In this document: positions 1 to 13,930 of the stretch, one piece after another
Position numbering within the stretch: position 1 is the stretch's first letter
Layout of the letters: every line of letters begins with the position of its first letter
Notes under the pieces: model-generated
Database searches by the model: none
Told to the model about the DNA's origin: nothing
What the model saw: the letters and a program-made list of their open reading frames with translations, nothing else
Origin: the human T2T-CHM13v2.0 reference genome, Homo sapiens
DNA length: 64,000 nt
Direction: 5' to 3' (one strand)
Assembly: GCF_009914755.1 (NCBI RefSeq)
Contig: NC_060931.1
Translations under genes and position numbers: made by a program

Positions 1-236
<236 letters not shown>

Positions 237-1067
237 GACTGGGTGCTTTCAGAGGCATGCATTTCATGAGTTTGGGTTACAACAAGAGTAATTTCTTAAA
301 GACTTACACACCTTTGAAAACTGAAATTGACTTAGCACTCCAAAATCCACTCCATAGTACGCAAACACTTTAACACAAGTCCATACATCTTTCCTTCCTG
401 TACCTGCGCTGGCAAGAGAACTCATTTAATGATTGATGAGGCAATGCTGTACCCAAGAAGAATTAATCAATAGTTTGCAATTATTATGGAGAGTGGGACA
501 GTAGTTAGACAATAGCCAAGACCCATCTAGCTAGCAACAAAGTCTTTCTTTCTCTCTCTTCACATGGTACCAAAAAACTGAATTCTGCTTTATGGGTTTT
601 TTTCTATTTTCCATCTGAATAACTAAAATAGAACTGGATGTGTCCAAAAAGCAAAGCCTAGAAAAAGCAATCATATGGCCCCCAGTGAATGTCAAGGTAT
701 CTATTAATGCATAGATTTGATTACTCGTCTTAACGGGAAAATAGGGTCAGGAGACTGCATTGTGTGAACTGGAATGGCTACCATGAATTACTATGTTTTA
801 GGAGTCCATCAACTTTTTATTTTGCAAATCAAAGATCTTGAATTGAAGTCACGTTGGGCTGCACCCATGTGCTGACACGGCAGACAGTCCAGCTGGCCCT
901 CTTGCAGCCTTTTGGGCCTGTCTGCCCACTTGGCTCTGCCCCTCTGCCCTCAATGGGGCTTGTATCACTGCTTAAAAAAAAAAAAAGAAAAAAAATGTCT
1001 GCAAAACAAGCTTTTGTGCAGAGAGGGGAAGCCTAATTACTCGTAATCAATATGGCCAGATGAGATT

Positions 1068-1255
1068 GGGCCCTGTGGATTGTTTTGGAGTCAGACAGAC
1101 CTGGGGGCAAACTCTGGCTTTGCCATTTGCTAATTATGTGATTTTTGACAATCTATTGAAGCTTTCTGAGCCTCGGTTACTTCATTTATGAAATGGAATT
1201 CATAAGAGCATAATACACTTAGCATAGTAAGTGCTCAGCAAATGTTAGTTATTTA
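1068..1255 (+). mobile_element. MIR SINE
   Basis: ggagtcagacagacctggg...tctgagcctcggttacttcatttatgaaatgg...aagtgctcagcaaatgttagttatt matches the MIR core and 3' end. Confidence 0.8.
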
Positions 1256-2005
1256 ATAATGGAGCCAGTTGACTTCTTTGGAAGTCTGGATAATAATATA
1301 TTTTGGGCATTAATAATGTAGAGAGAAATATTGTCATGTAACAGTTCCTTCCAAGAAAGGTAAACCAAGTCACAGAATGCAGGTGAGGTCATGAGTGGGT
1401 GGAGAGGTGAAGAGAGAATCATACTTCTGGCTGTACATGCCATTGGTCAGAAAACGAGGTTTCAGCTCTCACTTTAATGTACTGTAGTTTATTTCAACAT
1501 CAAAAGAGCAGGGTCTTTTTTCACCGCTTTTTGTTAAGTAGTAGATTTCTTTTTTAGATGGCATAGAGTAACTTCTTTTGCATCTGCCTCTTCTTGACCT
1601 TCTTATTTATCTAACACTTCCGTCAGCTCAGCAACACTTTGCAATAAAGGACTGATCCCATTTAATTCCTCTGAAATTAATCATAATAACAGCAATTATA
1701 ATAAACCCATTTAGTGTAAATGTAGTTGTAAATTGCTCTTGCGTAGCATTTTCGCCTTTAGTTTTGCTCTCACCAGCATCCACCCTAATATGGATCATGC
1801 AGTGGCCTCTCTATAGCCAGATTATTTTTCTGAGTTCAGCTCTTGCCCTAGTTCAGTACATGGCTGCTTTTTGCCATTTCCTTCCTCTGAGGGCAAGCAG
1901 GAAGCTCCCTGTGACGTGTACAGGTCACAGGGAACGTCATTTGATTTGAATTTGCTCTCACCATCCAGAACTTCCTTAGTAGTAGAATAATCATCTTATA
2001 ATTCT

Positions 2006-2298
2006 TTTTTTAAAATTTTTCTTTAGCGACAGGGTCTCGCTTTGTCACCCAGTGACACAATCACAGCTCACTGCAGCCTCGAACTCTTGGGGTCAAATGG
2101 TCTTCCTGCCTCAGCCTCCTGAAGTAGCTGGAGCTACAGGTGCACACCACTACACATTGGCTATGTTTTTAATTTTTTTGTGGAGACTGGGTATCCCTAG
2201 GTAGCCCAGGCTAGTCTCAGATTCCTGGACTCTAGCAATCCTCCCACCTCAGCCTCCTGAGTAGCCAGGGTTATAGGCGTGAGCTACTTAGCCTGACC
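2006..2298 (-). mobile_element. AluJ-type SINE with 12-bp TSD
   Basis: Antisense Alu. TSD tcttataattct at 1994-2005 and 2302-2313. Confidence 0.9.
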
Positions 2299-2390
2299 CA
2301 GTCTTATAATTCTAAATGCACTGATGAAGCCAGAACCTAAAGATTGATGTTTCAACCCAACCCGTTCACCTTACAGATTAAGAAATCAAA

Positions 2391-2670
<280 letters not shown>

Positions 2671-4053
2671 AGGAGGGAGGGAGGGAAACTGAAGCCATCC
2701 AAAAATGTGAAGAGAGTTATTCTATATCATAAAACCATTGGTGTCAGTGCCCAGACCAAGCTCTAAGGCGGTGAGGAGCACATTTCTGCCCTGCCAGGCC
2801 AGTGAGCTTCCTGGTGCCAGGAATTCTGTCATATTGCCCAGGCTAATGCTTTGCAGTCCCTTTTTGAATTCTGACTCCTGGGGATGGTGGGGTGGGAGGG
2901 AGCAACCAACAGGCAGGCCCTTGAGACTCTGGAAATCATTCAGGCAGCTGTGCAGAGACTCCTCCCTCTGGTCTGGAGAGAGGGGTGCAGAGGCCACAAG
3001 ATAGCTTGCTTTTTGCCTCCAGCCATCAGCCCCACTGGGGTCTAGTTAGTGGGCCAGAAGTTGTGGGCCCTAATAGCATTGGGGTAAATGTCCTGGAGTC
3101 CAGCTCTTTGCTTCCCACCACTCTCTTCTCTCCTCCCTCTCCATGCCTGAGCCCTGGCTACACTGAGTGCATGTCTGATGAGGACAGAGCTTGGAAGCTG
3201 CCCCAGAACCAGCACCCACCCACCTGCAGGATGTGACCTCTGGGCTCTGAACACACTGCTTCCTCCCTCTTCCTCCCCACCTAGGGAACAGTTTTAGACC
3301 ACAATTCCCAAACAGCCCCACTTTGCACTTTAATCCCAAAGAGACTCCAGCACTTTGTGACCACAGAAAACTTGTCACTTCATTATGATTCTGAAAAAAA
3401 AGAGAGCAAAGGGTAATTCATAGTTGTTTTAATGACTTTGCATCCTTTCCCATGGAGGCAGCTTTCAGCTGTTAGGCACAAAGGACGCTGGCCTTCTCTG
3501 ACATCTGACAGTGCAGTGGAGCAGCATTTTCACAAGATTCTTCACAGCCAGTTAACCCAATTAGTCTTCCCACAGTCATTACCCAGGTGCCGTACCATTC
3601 GGCTGCCTGGGAGCCTCCAAAGCTCTGTTGTGTGGAGATGAACTATTGTGCCTCCCGACCTTGAAAGGATGTTTCTAACTAATTAATGATTGTTAAGTGC
3701 TTGGAAAATGCACTGTGGAACTATGCTGGGGCTCATATGTCTGCATCTTCAGCTGTGCGGATGCACTGAATGCAAATCAGAAATCCTTCCTGCCATTTGT
3801 AAAGCATAGGAAGATGGATATGACCCTTTCTTTTCTCAAAGAGTTATCTGTCCTCCTCCTCCTCTTTTTCTTCATTCGTTTCTTCTGAGCTGTGTATTTA
3901 AGCTCCCTTTGAAATGGGCCAGTGTTTTGTACCATTTCTTCTACTGAAGTGAGAAGGATCTTATAGGGTTTTTCCAGCCACGTGATCTTTAATGAGGCAA
4001 ATTGAAAACCACTATTGGCTGAACCATCCGGGAAGAAAATGTGGTTTTCTGTA

Positions 4054-4717
4054 TAGTAGTTTTTAAATTTTTTTGATATGAGCAATAGTGGGAAATATAT
4101 TCTGTATCACAGCCCAGTATACTCACACATATGCATATATATGTACACATATATATACACCTACACATATATACATATGTACACATGTATACACATATAC
4201 ACACACTACATACACACATATACATATATATACACATACGTATACGTATACGTATATATACACATACGTATACGTATACATACACATACGTATATATACA
4301 CATACGTATATGTGTGTATGTAATGTGTAATGTATATACACACATACTCACATTACATACACACATATATGTGTATATATACTTCACATATATGTGTGTA
4401 TATGTGTTATACACACATATATATATTTGTGTGTATATATACCCATGGAAATATATACATGTGTATATATTTATATACACACATATGTACATTGGATTAT
4501 GTGTATAATATGCACACATACATATTTATATATACACACACACAATTTTTATGGAATAATACTTAATTTTTACTGCGTATAACATTATTTGGATATCTGA
4601 TATATTAGATATGTATCTATTGTTCTAAAATGCTGATAATGTCAGATTAAGCTGATTTCACCAATTTCTCATGAATTGGCCCCCTAATGAAGTGCAGTCA
4701 GCATTGGAAACACACTG
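4054..4717 (+). mobile_element. Old hAT-Charlie MITE (MER112-like) split by an expanded microsatellite
   Basis: The flanks (gggaaatatattctgtatcacagcccagtatac... and ...aaaatgctg...ctgatttcac...ccctaatg...ggaaacacactg) resemble the MER112 consensus as I recall it, which has an internal CA/TA tract. Confidence 0.5.
4115..4545. repeat. ~430-bp alternating purine-pyrimidine low-complexity repeat (TA/CA/TG/TACG)
   Basis: Visible directly; it generates the spurious Y/I/H/T/V/C/M-rich ORFs in several frames. Confidence 0.95.
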
Positions 4718-6589
4718 GTATCATAGAAAGGCCACCAGAATGCTGGGCAAGGATCAGGGGACCTGGGTTGTATTTCAAGTTTTGTCCCAACTCCTAGATT
4801 CCTTTCCCCAAACTCTGTGTCCTCATATAAAATTAAGGTATTTTGTTTTCAAACTGAGGGTACCCTCAGACTACTTTTTAAGAAATCCTCTTGTGGAAAA
4901 GCCCATTATGGAAAACAGATCCCTGACTGGTCCATATCTCCTCCCGTAAGTCACCCCCACCCCCTCCCAGAGGTCCTTGCAACAAAATCCAAATCCTACT
5001 GGATTAGAAATTTCATGACATCCATCTAGTTCTGGCCTTCAATGATTAATTTATTTCTTAGGTAATAGATTCATCTAACAAAATGCAATCTGATTTATTT
5101 CCATGGATTCTGAGCTAGGAATCGCAATTGGGAATCTCCAGAACCAATGGGGATTTTTGCTGTAGGACCATCGTTCTTTTCTGCCTCAGCGTTGTCATTT
5201 GTTCTTTGGCCTTAAGAGATAGACTTCTTCAGGGAAGGAATGAGTTAGAAAGGTCTTCAGTTGATGTATGAGCAGGTGGACACGTGTGGATGTTTATTTA
5301 TGTCATTGTGTCTGCTGTTTGCCTCCTAAATTCAGCAGGTTCTTGATTTTTAACACAGCTCAAATCATTTGGCCTACAGCTGGTAAAATACAATTTTCTG
5401 GGTTCTCAAAAAGAAAGGCTTTTCAGACTTATAAAAAGAGAAGCTCATAAGACTTCTTGAACATCAAATAGCTCTTACAAAACACCATTTTGATGAGTTA
5501 AGTGTAAATGAATCAGAAACATACGGATTAAATTTCCCTTGAAAGACACATGGGTTTAAGAATTAAGGGGGGAAAGTGCTTGGCAAGATGGATTTCAGGT
5601 TTGTGCCAAACCTCAAAATGTTTGAAAAATGGTTTGAGACATTTTTACTGAACGCAAAATGCCATTGAGTTTCCCTATCCCCAGACATAATAGTGAATCT
5701 TTTTGACAACAACTGTATGACAAGAAAAAAAGGCCTGCGGGACTTAGCCATTTTCTCAATTCTTTAATAGTCTCTCTTCCTCATCCCCCAAACCCCACTC
5801 CCCACCAAAAAAAAAAAAAAAAACACACTCACAGGGCTAAGAGAACTTCCTGATTAAAGTTTCGAGTCAGGCAATTACCAGAAAATAACCCCACGACTCA
5901 AAAATACATGAGTCCCCTCCCAATACTATCCAATTATACCATTTTCTAAGTGGAATAATGCACCATGAGGATAGGCAGTATTTGCTATATTTTATTCACT
6001 GGTGTCCAGAGCAGTGCATGGTTATTCTAGACATTTGTCTGACATTATAGTGCCAGCTTCTTTGGGGAAAGAAAATAAGTTCACTAAAAGCAAACAGATT
6101 GGAGAGAACTATTCATTGGTTTATTAAAACAGCCACATTGTGGAAATGCTATGTTTTATGAAGGCAAGACATGGGATGAGGCTTTCAAGTTGCTGGGAAT
6201 GGTCTTGGAAATGTGCATTCTGTTATAGCTTCTCTGTTGAGTAAGCTGTGTTATAATTTCTCCACACCTCAGAATTCTTCCTGGCATGAGGAACATCAGG
6301 AGCAACATAGTAAGGATCCCGGGACTAATTATCTTATGAACGGTGCACATCGTCTGTATTCAATGCCCTCCAATTATTTTTTACTAGCTATGCCTTTTAC
6401 AGGCTGACCCTTTTACAGCCTCATTTTTCATATGCAAAAGCACAGAAGTGGGTTTTGAGCGAGATACTCACAATAAGGGAGGGAGAGGGACTGGGTGGGA
6501 AGCCATGGGCTGGGCCATTTGCTCTGTGAGGCTGCCTTGTCTCATACTCTTGTTTCATTTTCATATTTAAGCCAGGATGACCAAGGTTT

Positions 6590-6643
6590 GCTTCCTTCCT
6601 TCCTTCCTTCCTTTCTTCCTTTCTTCTTCTTTTTTTTTTTTTC
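6590..6643. repeat. (CCTT)n/(CTT)n/poly-T polypyrimidine tract
   Basis: cttccttccttccttccttcctttcttcctttcttcttcttttttt. Confidence 0.85.
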
Positions 6644-9600
6644 ATTTGAAAGAAAGGGCGTATTCAGTGACTGCCAATATCGGTTTAGAAACTAGAGTAT
6701 TAACTTTGCTGCCCTGTGAAAGTGAAAAAAAGAAAAGAAAGAAACTAGGAGATAACAATGTATTTTTTCAAAAGATTTCAATTCATCGTAGACCAAGAAA
6801 AAGCTATCTTTAAATCTATATGTTTTAATTCTATGCTGGAAGTCATGGACAAATCTATTTATTATCTTGTTAGGGGAGCATCTCACACAGCACTTTGAGG
6901 TAGGAGTGTGCTCTCTGGGAACCAAAATTAATTTGTTGCAAAAGCAGTACCTAAAAGGGAGAGGAAATGTCACATTAAACTCAGAAAACCACTTTCAGTA
7001 CTTCCAGGGAAGATAGTGCATAACAGTGATTGTTAAAATCTACCCGCTGACTCCCACCAACTTATGCTTATCTATATTTATTGAACTGTATAAATGAAAA
7101 CTGGAAATACTGGAGTGAAAAAAAGTTATATCAACTTTCTGTCTTGGAAAAGGCTTTTTAGAAACAGAAATAGTAGGGCCAAATTATGGCTCTATTTTTA
7201 CCTTTTCCAAAGCAGCTTAATGTAGAACAATAGGGCCAAGAAGGGGTTTTTTTGCTCTGAAAAATACCGAGTCCCCTGCCCAAGAGCTCCAGTGCCTCCC
7301 TCCCACTTACCCCAAATGTCTCTCTCTAATGCAAAAACGACCAAAGTGTGCAGAACAGTCTATCAAATGGTTCTTTTAATTTGTAACTCAGCCATCTACC
7401 TGAAATACTGGGAAATCAGTTTTAACATTTTTATATGTATATAGTTCCCAATTTGGTGTATACAAGGGCATCACCTAAATGGGACGTACATCAGACAGTC
7501 GATATTCCTAGAAAGGATTGTTATCATCCAGAGATCGTTTTCATGTTATTAAGCTATGAATGACAGTAGTTGTTTAATATCTTCTTGGCCTTTGTTGACA
7601 TATTTTAACAACCTGCCTTGCACAGACAGTAAGCTCTGCCTGGAGCCCTGCTACCAATATCTCTCCAACTCACACACGCGCACAAGCACACACACACATG
7701 CATGCATGTTCCCACGATGCAGGGCTAACTTCTCATCTTTCCTGGAACAATTCATATGTCTCCTCTTCGAGGACCATCCCCTGGAACCCCCGGGGTATTA
7801 AATAACACTTTGAGGGGTATCTCCCATTACACCCTCAGCTGACTTCCTTGGCTATTTGCCTTCATAAATGATGAATTCCTGCAGGGCAGCAATGATCTTT
7901 TATTCACGCTAGGCTCTCAGCACAGTTCCCGAGATACAGCAGAAGCTGAGTAAAAGTTTAACAACAACAACAAAAAAACTTTAAAAATAATTTTAGCTGT
8001 GTTTCTGTTGGATCGAATGTTTATTGAAGTCACACAAAGTTAGGTGGGACTAAAATCGGCCCTCTGCAGGCTTTCTGAGTTCTTAGTACTCCTAGGAAAA
8101 GTGAGGAGTAAAACGCAGGGGAGTTTGTGCTCAGATGATGAGCTTCCTGCTTGATTTCAACTCTCTCCTGTAACCTGTGTTTATCTTGATGGCCTTATTT
8201 ATATCTATTTCCTTTCGATAAAAATAGAAGCTCCAAAAAGTGAATCTACCACACAAGGGAGGATACTTTTAACTCAGGCCTAAGTTTCACAGATAGAGTT
8301 ACGATGCTGCCCTGCGTGTAGGCATCCAGCTAGATGGTCATTTTCTGAGTCATCTAACTTCTGAGTTTTCATTTTTTTAAGAGTATAATTAAGATAGGTT
8401 CCCAGGGATTTAAAAAAAAAAAAAAAAACAACCCACCAACCCTGTGAGTAAAGTAGACAGTCTATATGTGGAGACCCATATAAGGAGATTTGTGGGCACC
8501 TGCCCAACTTGAGAGAAGCATTAAGAGCTATTCGAAACCTACTGAAATGTCAACACACTTTTGAAAAAGGTCCATTAGGGATGCAAATGTGCAGCTCCCT
8601 GATTATGATAAGCACTGGAAAGAAAACAGTGAAACCCATTAGGAGGCTTTGAGAACTGGGTTCTGAGGCGCAGGGAAGACAAGTCTAGTTTCTGCGGGTG
8701 CTGGGGAGATGAAGCCCAGCCCTTCTCTGCACCCTGAACCAGTGATTCTAATGATTTAAATGGCCCCCCAAAATCCCTCTTATTTTGGATAAAGCCAATT
8801 AACTCATTTGTAAATGGGCCAACTTTGAAATTCCATCAATGGCAGATAAAATTCATTTTAATAAGATTTATTCTGTAAAGTACAAACTGTGACTTGCTTC
8901 TGTAAAGGATCTGACATTAGAAGCTCACTTCAGGCTTTTGATGTGTTTTGGTTGGTTCTTGCAGGGGTTTTTCTTATAAAAGGTTGATTCCAATTTAAAA
9001 TCTATAATTCTTACTACATACTCGTCTACAAATCAACTCAAACTAGGGGTATATATTTCTATCTAATAGTCACTTAGAGCTCTTTGAAAAATTACCTAGT
9101 CAGAAGGACACCTTCCATTCCAGCTGCCCAAGTTGTTCACATATGACATCAAATGATAGTTATAGTAATGGATAAATTGGAGCATAATTTTTTTGTAATT
9201 GCTCCATAAGTAAAAAAATATAATTGATTTTTTACCATCTTCCTTGATCTGGAAGGAATTGTATCAGTTTCCAGGACGTTGTAAAACAAAATATTTAAAG
9301 TATGTTTCAAATAATAAAAAGAGAAATACTTAACTTAATAAAGATGTGGAATTCATTTATGAAGACAAATACTGGCTGTGAACCAATAGGCCAAAGAGTC
9401 TGCCAGAAGTTTGCTGTAGACAGTCATTCTTGTATGTCCACTCTGCCCTATCACTCTGAAGTTCAATCCATATTAAGAAAATGAATTTTCTCAGCCATGC
9501 TAGACTTTGAAATCATTGATTTTGTTTGCTTTGTTTTTGAGTAATATAACAGAAGGTCTTTTTTCAGTTTTCTTCCTTATAAGGAATAGCAGTCCGTGGC

Positions 9601-10089
9601 ACTTATAATTATAGCTCTTTCAGCCTTATTTTAATTAAAGAGGTTTGTTTGGCATATATATTTGATGCTTGGGAATTTTATATAAAAGTTATAGGTTTTG
9701 ATCCTTCTGGAGAGCTTCAACAACTGAAACCATGGTGAAAATGGAAAGCACTTAACTTTCGTAAGAACACTTGAATGTTTCAGTATTACCCGAAAGCAAA
9801 ATTATAAGCCTTGGAAAGAAAACATTTCCATTTGGCATTTTCACTTTTGTGCTTGTCAAGAGAAATAGCCTCAGGCTTCAGAAAAGCAGAAAGATCTATT
9901 ACCAATATCATGAGGCAAGCACTCCGGTGCTCACTTATGTTGGATCAATCTTGTTCACTTCTAGAAGCCTTTCCAACTATGTTATGATGTTCTCCTTTCT
10001 GCTTCTCCATCCAGACGGAGCAGTGTCCTCCAGAAAGTAAGCGTACATTTTCCCAATGGTGAAAGGAAACCAGAATGATTTTACCCAAA

Positions 10090-10870
10090 TGCATAGCCCC
10101 TGCCTCCAGGGAGATTTGAGACTAATCACAGAGATGGATACTAAACAAAATAACCATACCTATTAATATGTTATTAGAAATAGCATGAAGGAAAACCACA
10201 GGGGCCTATGTGACCCTTTAACTTTGTGGTTGCTAGATTTGGCCTTTAATTTGGGGGTCAAAGAAAATTTTAAGAAAGAGATATTTAAAAGGAGACCTAA
10301 AGGATGAATGAGAATTTGTCAACAAAAGAGCAGACGGCAAAACCTTCCAGGCAAAGATCAAAAGATGCTTCAAGGCCCTGGGGTGGGAAAGAGTGTGGCA
10401 CATTCTAGGAAATGAATGGAAGCTTGGGTGGATAGACCCTTTCAAGCCAGGTGGAAAGATAGTACTACAGGCATCAATGAGGTAGAACATATAAAAGATA
10501 CTGAAAAAACATCCTAAATGCTAAGGAAAATCATGCAAGAATGTTGAACAGGGAAATGTCATGACCAGATCTTTGGTTTATGAAGATCATTCTGGCTACA
10601 AGACAGAGTTTGGATAGAAGAAGAGCAAAACTGGAGTCAGAAACTGTTGGAAGAAACCAAGAGAAACAACACTGTGTTTTGGACTAGGATCTTGGCAGTA
10701 GGGATGGAGCCAAGTGGATACACTCCAGGTCTATTTTGGGGGTGGAGTGAATAGAACTTGGTGAATGATTAGAAGTACAAGATGAGGAATCTCAAAGTTA
10801 ATGACTAAATTCTGCTAATTCACTTCTACCAAATATATTTAAGGAAATATGAGGGGAAAGATCTAAAGAC
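10090..10870 (-). mobile_element. L2 LINE fragment
   Basis: cccctgcctccagggag...gagacctaaaggatgaatgag...caaggccctggggtgggaaagag...aagatcattctggct are typical antisense L2 motifs. Confidence 0.7.
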
Positions 10871-10877
10871 GGAGCAC

Positions 10878-11359
10878 TGTACTAGTCAGGGTTCTCCAGA
10901 AAAACAGACCAAAAAGAGAGAGAGATATATGGTTTATTATAAGGAATTGACTCACCAGATTATGGAAGCTAAAAAGCCCCATGATCTGCCATCTGCCAGC
11001 TGGAGACCCAGAAAAGCAGATGGTGTAAATTCCAATTGGATTCTGAAGGCCTGAGAACCAGAAGCACCAATGGTGTTGCTCCCAGACTAAGGTCAGGAGA
11101 AGACAGATGTCCCAGCTCAAGCAATCAGGCAGAGAGAGAGATAACTCAACCTTCCTCCACCTTTTTCTTCTATTCAGGTCCTCAATGGATTAGATGAAGC
11201 CCACCCACATTGGGGAAGGTATACTGCATTACTCAGTCTACCAATTCAAATGTTAATCCCTTCCAGAAACAACCTTATAGGTGCACTCAGAAATAATGTT
11301 TAACCAGATATCTGGGCAACCCATGGCCCAGTCAAGTTGACATAAAACCTACCATCACA
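10878..11359 (-). mobile_element. MLT2 (ERVL) solo LTR, MLT2C-like
   Basis: TG...CA termini (tgtactagtcagggttctccag...ggcccagtcaagttgacataaaacctaccatcaca). 5-bp TSD agcac/ggcac with one mismatch. Confidence 0.85.
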
Positions 11360-11932
11360 GGCACCATGGACTGGATCATCCATAGGACTCAACCTAGGCA
11401 CTTAGGGAATGTCATCTTAGCTCTTTAGCAGGTGGTGTCAGGTATCATCTACTATGAAGTAGTGAAATGTTTTTCCTGGCAGACCTGGAGGATTTTCATC
11501 ATTCTCAAAATGTCCAGTTTAAACCTAGTCCCAATGAGTCTGATGGCTCCAACACTGAAAAGACAGAACTGCTTATTTGGGGACCTGTCCTACCTCTCCT
11601 AAAAGATGTCATTGTGCTTACTAATAAATTACTTATTCTAGTGCACAAAGAGTGAAACCTTTATTTCCTGCTCATCCAAAGGATTATTGTTCATATGTGA
11701 GAAGAAATGACCTCCTCGCCTACCTGTCACGATTCCTGGTTCCTGCTGCCCTCCTCAGCTAAATGTTACTTGCACTCAGAGATCATTTGAGCCTTTCTTT
11801 TGTTCAAGGAAAGGAAAGTCCAAGAACAACCAGTAAGGAATTACTCATCTATATGTGTCCACCTTTGAGGAAAATCTACCTTTAACTGACGTGTTGCTTC
11901 CCTGAAATAAATAATAGTTCTGGATCTCTCAC

Positions 11933-12209
11933 TTTTTTTTTTTAAGACAGAGTCTCTGTTTCTGCAGTGACACGATCATAGCTCACTGTGTCTTCAAACT
12001 CCTGGGCTCAAGTGATCCTCCCACCTTAGCCTCCCAAGTAGCTAGTACTACAGGCACCCCACCATGCCTGGCTCATTTTTAAATTTTTTGTTAAGATGAG
12101 ATCTTGCTAAGTTGCCCAGGCTTGTCTGAAACACCTGGGATCAAGAGATCCTCCCGCCTCAGCCTCCCAAAACACTGGGATTACAGATGTGAGCCACTGC
12201 ACCCAGCCG
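11933..12209 (-). mobile_element. AluJ-type SINE with internal deletion
   Basis: T tail, then agacagagtctc...ctcctgggctcaagtgatcctccc...gagccactgcacccagcc. Confidence 0.88.
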
Positions 12210-12534
12210 GATTACTCTCTCTTGATCATATCTACTCATTTAACTTTAGGGTTGAAAAGGCCCTTGAAGATTGTTGGTTCAGCCATTTTTTGTGTGTGTG
12301 TGCATGAGGAAACAGAAACTCAGAGGCACTGAGGACACAGCCCTAGATCACCAGGCAAATGACTGGCTGAGTCAGTAGACACTCTTGCTGGTGTATTCAT
12401 ATTCAAAGCCATATCATGCAGGACTCAGTTACTTCACTTTGTCATTTTGTGATCATCAGGTTGACACATCTTAAGAAAGCACAATTTGGCCTTTCTGTTC
12501 TGGTCAGGAATCTGAAGAAAAAAACCAAGCTATC

Positions 12535-12853
12535 GGCTGGGCATGGTGGCTGACGCCTATAATCCCAGCACTTTGGGAGGCCAAGGCAGGCGGATCACGA
12601 GGTCAGGAGTTCAAGACCAGCCTGGCCAACATGGTGAAACCTCATCTCTACTAAAAATACAAAAATTAGCTGGGTGTGGTGGCAGCCACCTGTAATCCCA
12701 ACTACTCAGGAGGCTGAGGCAGGAGAATTGCTTGAACCCGGGAAGCAGAGGTTGCAGTGAGCCGAGATCACTCACCACTGCACTCCAGCCTGGGTGACAG
12801 AGTGAGACTCTGACTCAAAAAAAAAAAAAAAAAAGAAAGAAAGAAAAGAAAAG
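12535..12853 (+). mobile_element. AluS SINE with 14-bp TSD
   Basis: Full dimer with A/(GAAAA)n tail. TSD aaaaccaagctatc at 12521-12534 and 12854-12867. Confidence 0.93.
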
Positions 12854-13530
12854 AAAACCAAGCTATCATGACAGACCAGTGAAGGGATTTTGGGGGGAAC
12901 ACTTACCGCCAGTGAGCAAGCATAATGTTTTGCATGTTCTTTAAGTGTACTGTCAGTCACTTTCCGTTTCTATTTATACTAGGGACTTACTGTCTATAGC
13001 TAAAATTGACATTTACTGTGCCCATAACCCTACCACAAATTAAAATCAGACCCCAAGTCCCTCTGGGGAAAATGTTTATTAAGCTGTAGGAAGACATCTG
13101 AAATGATACCAAATTGCATTTTAAACTTGAAACCCCAAATACCACATTTGTTTGCAAGTAGGAATAGGACTGTCTGAGGAATCATTTGAGAAACTGAGCA
13201 AGTCACTCTCTTTGGCAACATGCAGGGCCACCAGGGAAGAGAAAAGTACCTTAGAAGAAACACTTTATATAAACCCCTTGTGGCTTTTAAGTAATCATTT
13301 AAACGTAAACAAAATATTCTTTAGAATGAACTCAAAAGAAAAGTAAGCCTTTTAAAATTCCATGCCTTTAATGAACAGACACAGACATTTCAATTGTACT
13401 TATAAATACCCTGAGAAGAGGGTTGAGAGAAATATCGAAATAAAACAAGTCCATTAAAATGTAAACCTGGGTTCCAGAGTTTCTCCTGCTAATACAGGCA
13501 AAAGTGTGTTTGAGACAAAAAAAAATCTTC

Positions 13531-13930
<400 letters not shown>

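Noticed and set aside
3989-4582. Cluster of 62-176 aa ORFs on both strands
   Set aside because: Artefact of the alternating RY microsatellite, which lacks stop codons; the translations are low-complexity Y/I/H/T/V/C/M.
9178-9206. TGGAGCA...TGCTCCA inverted repeat
   Set aside because: A 7-bp stem is expected by chance in 64 kb.
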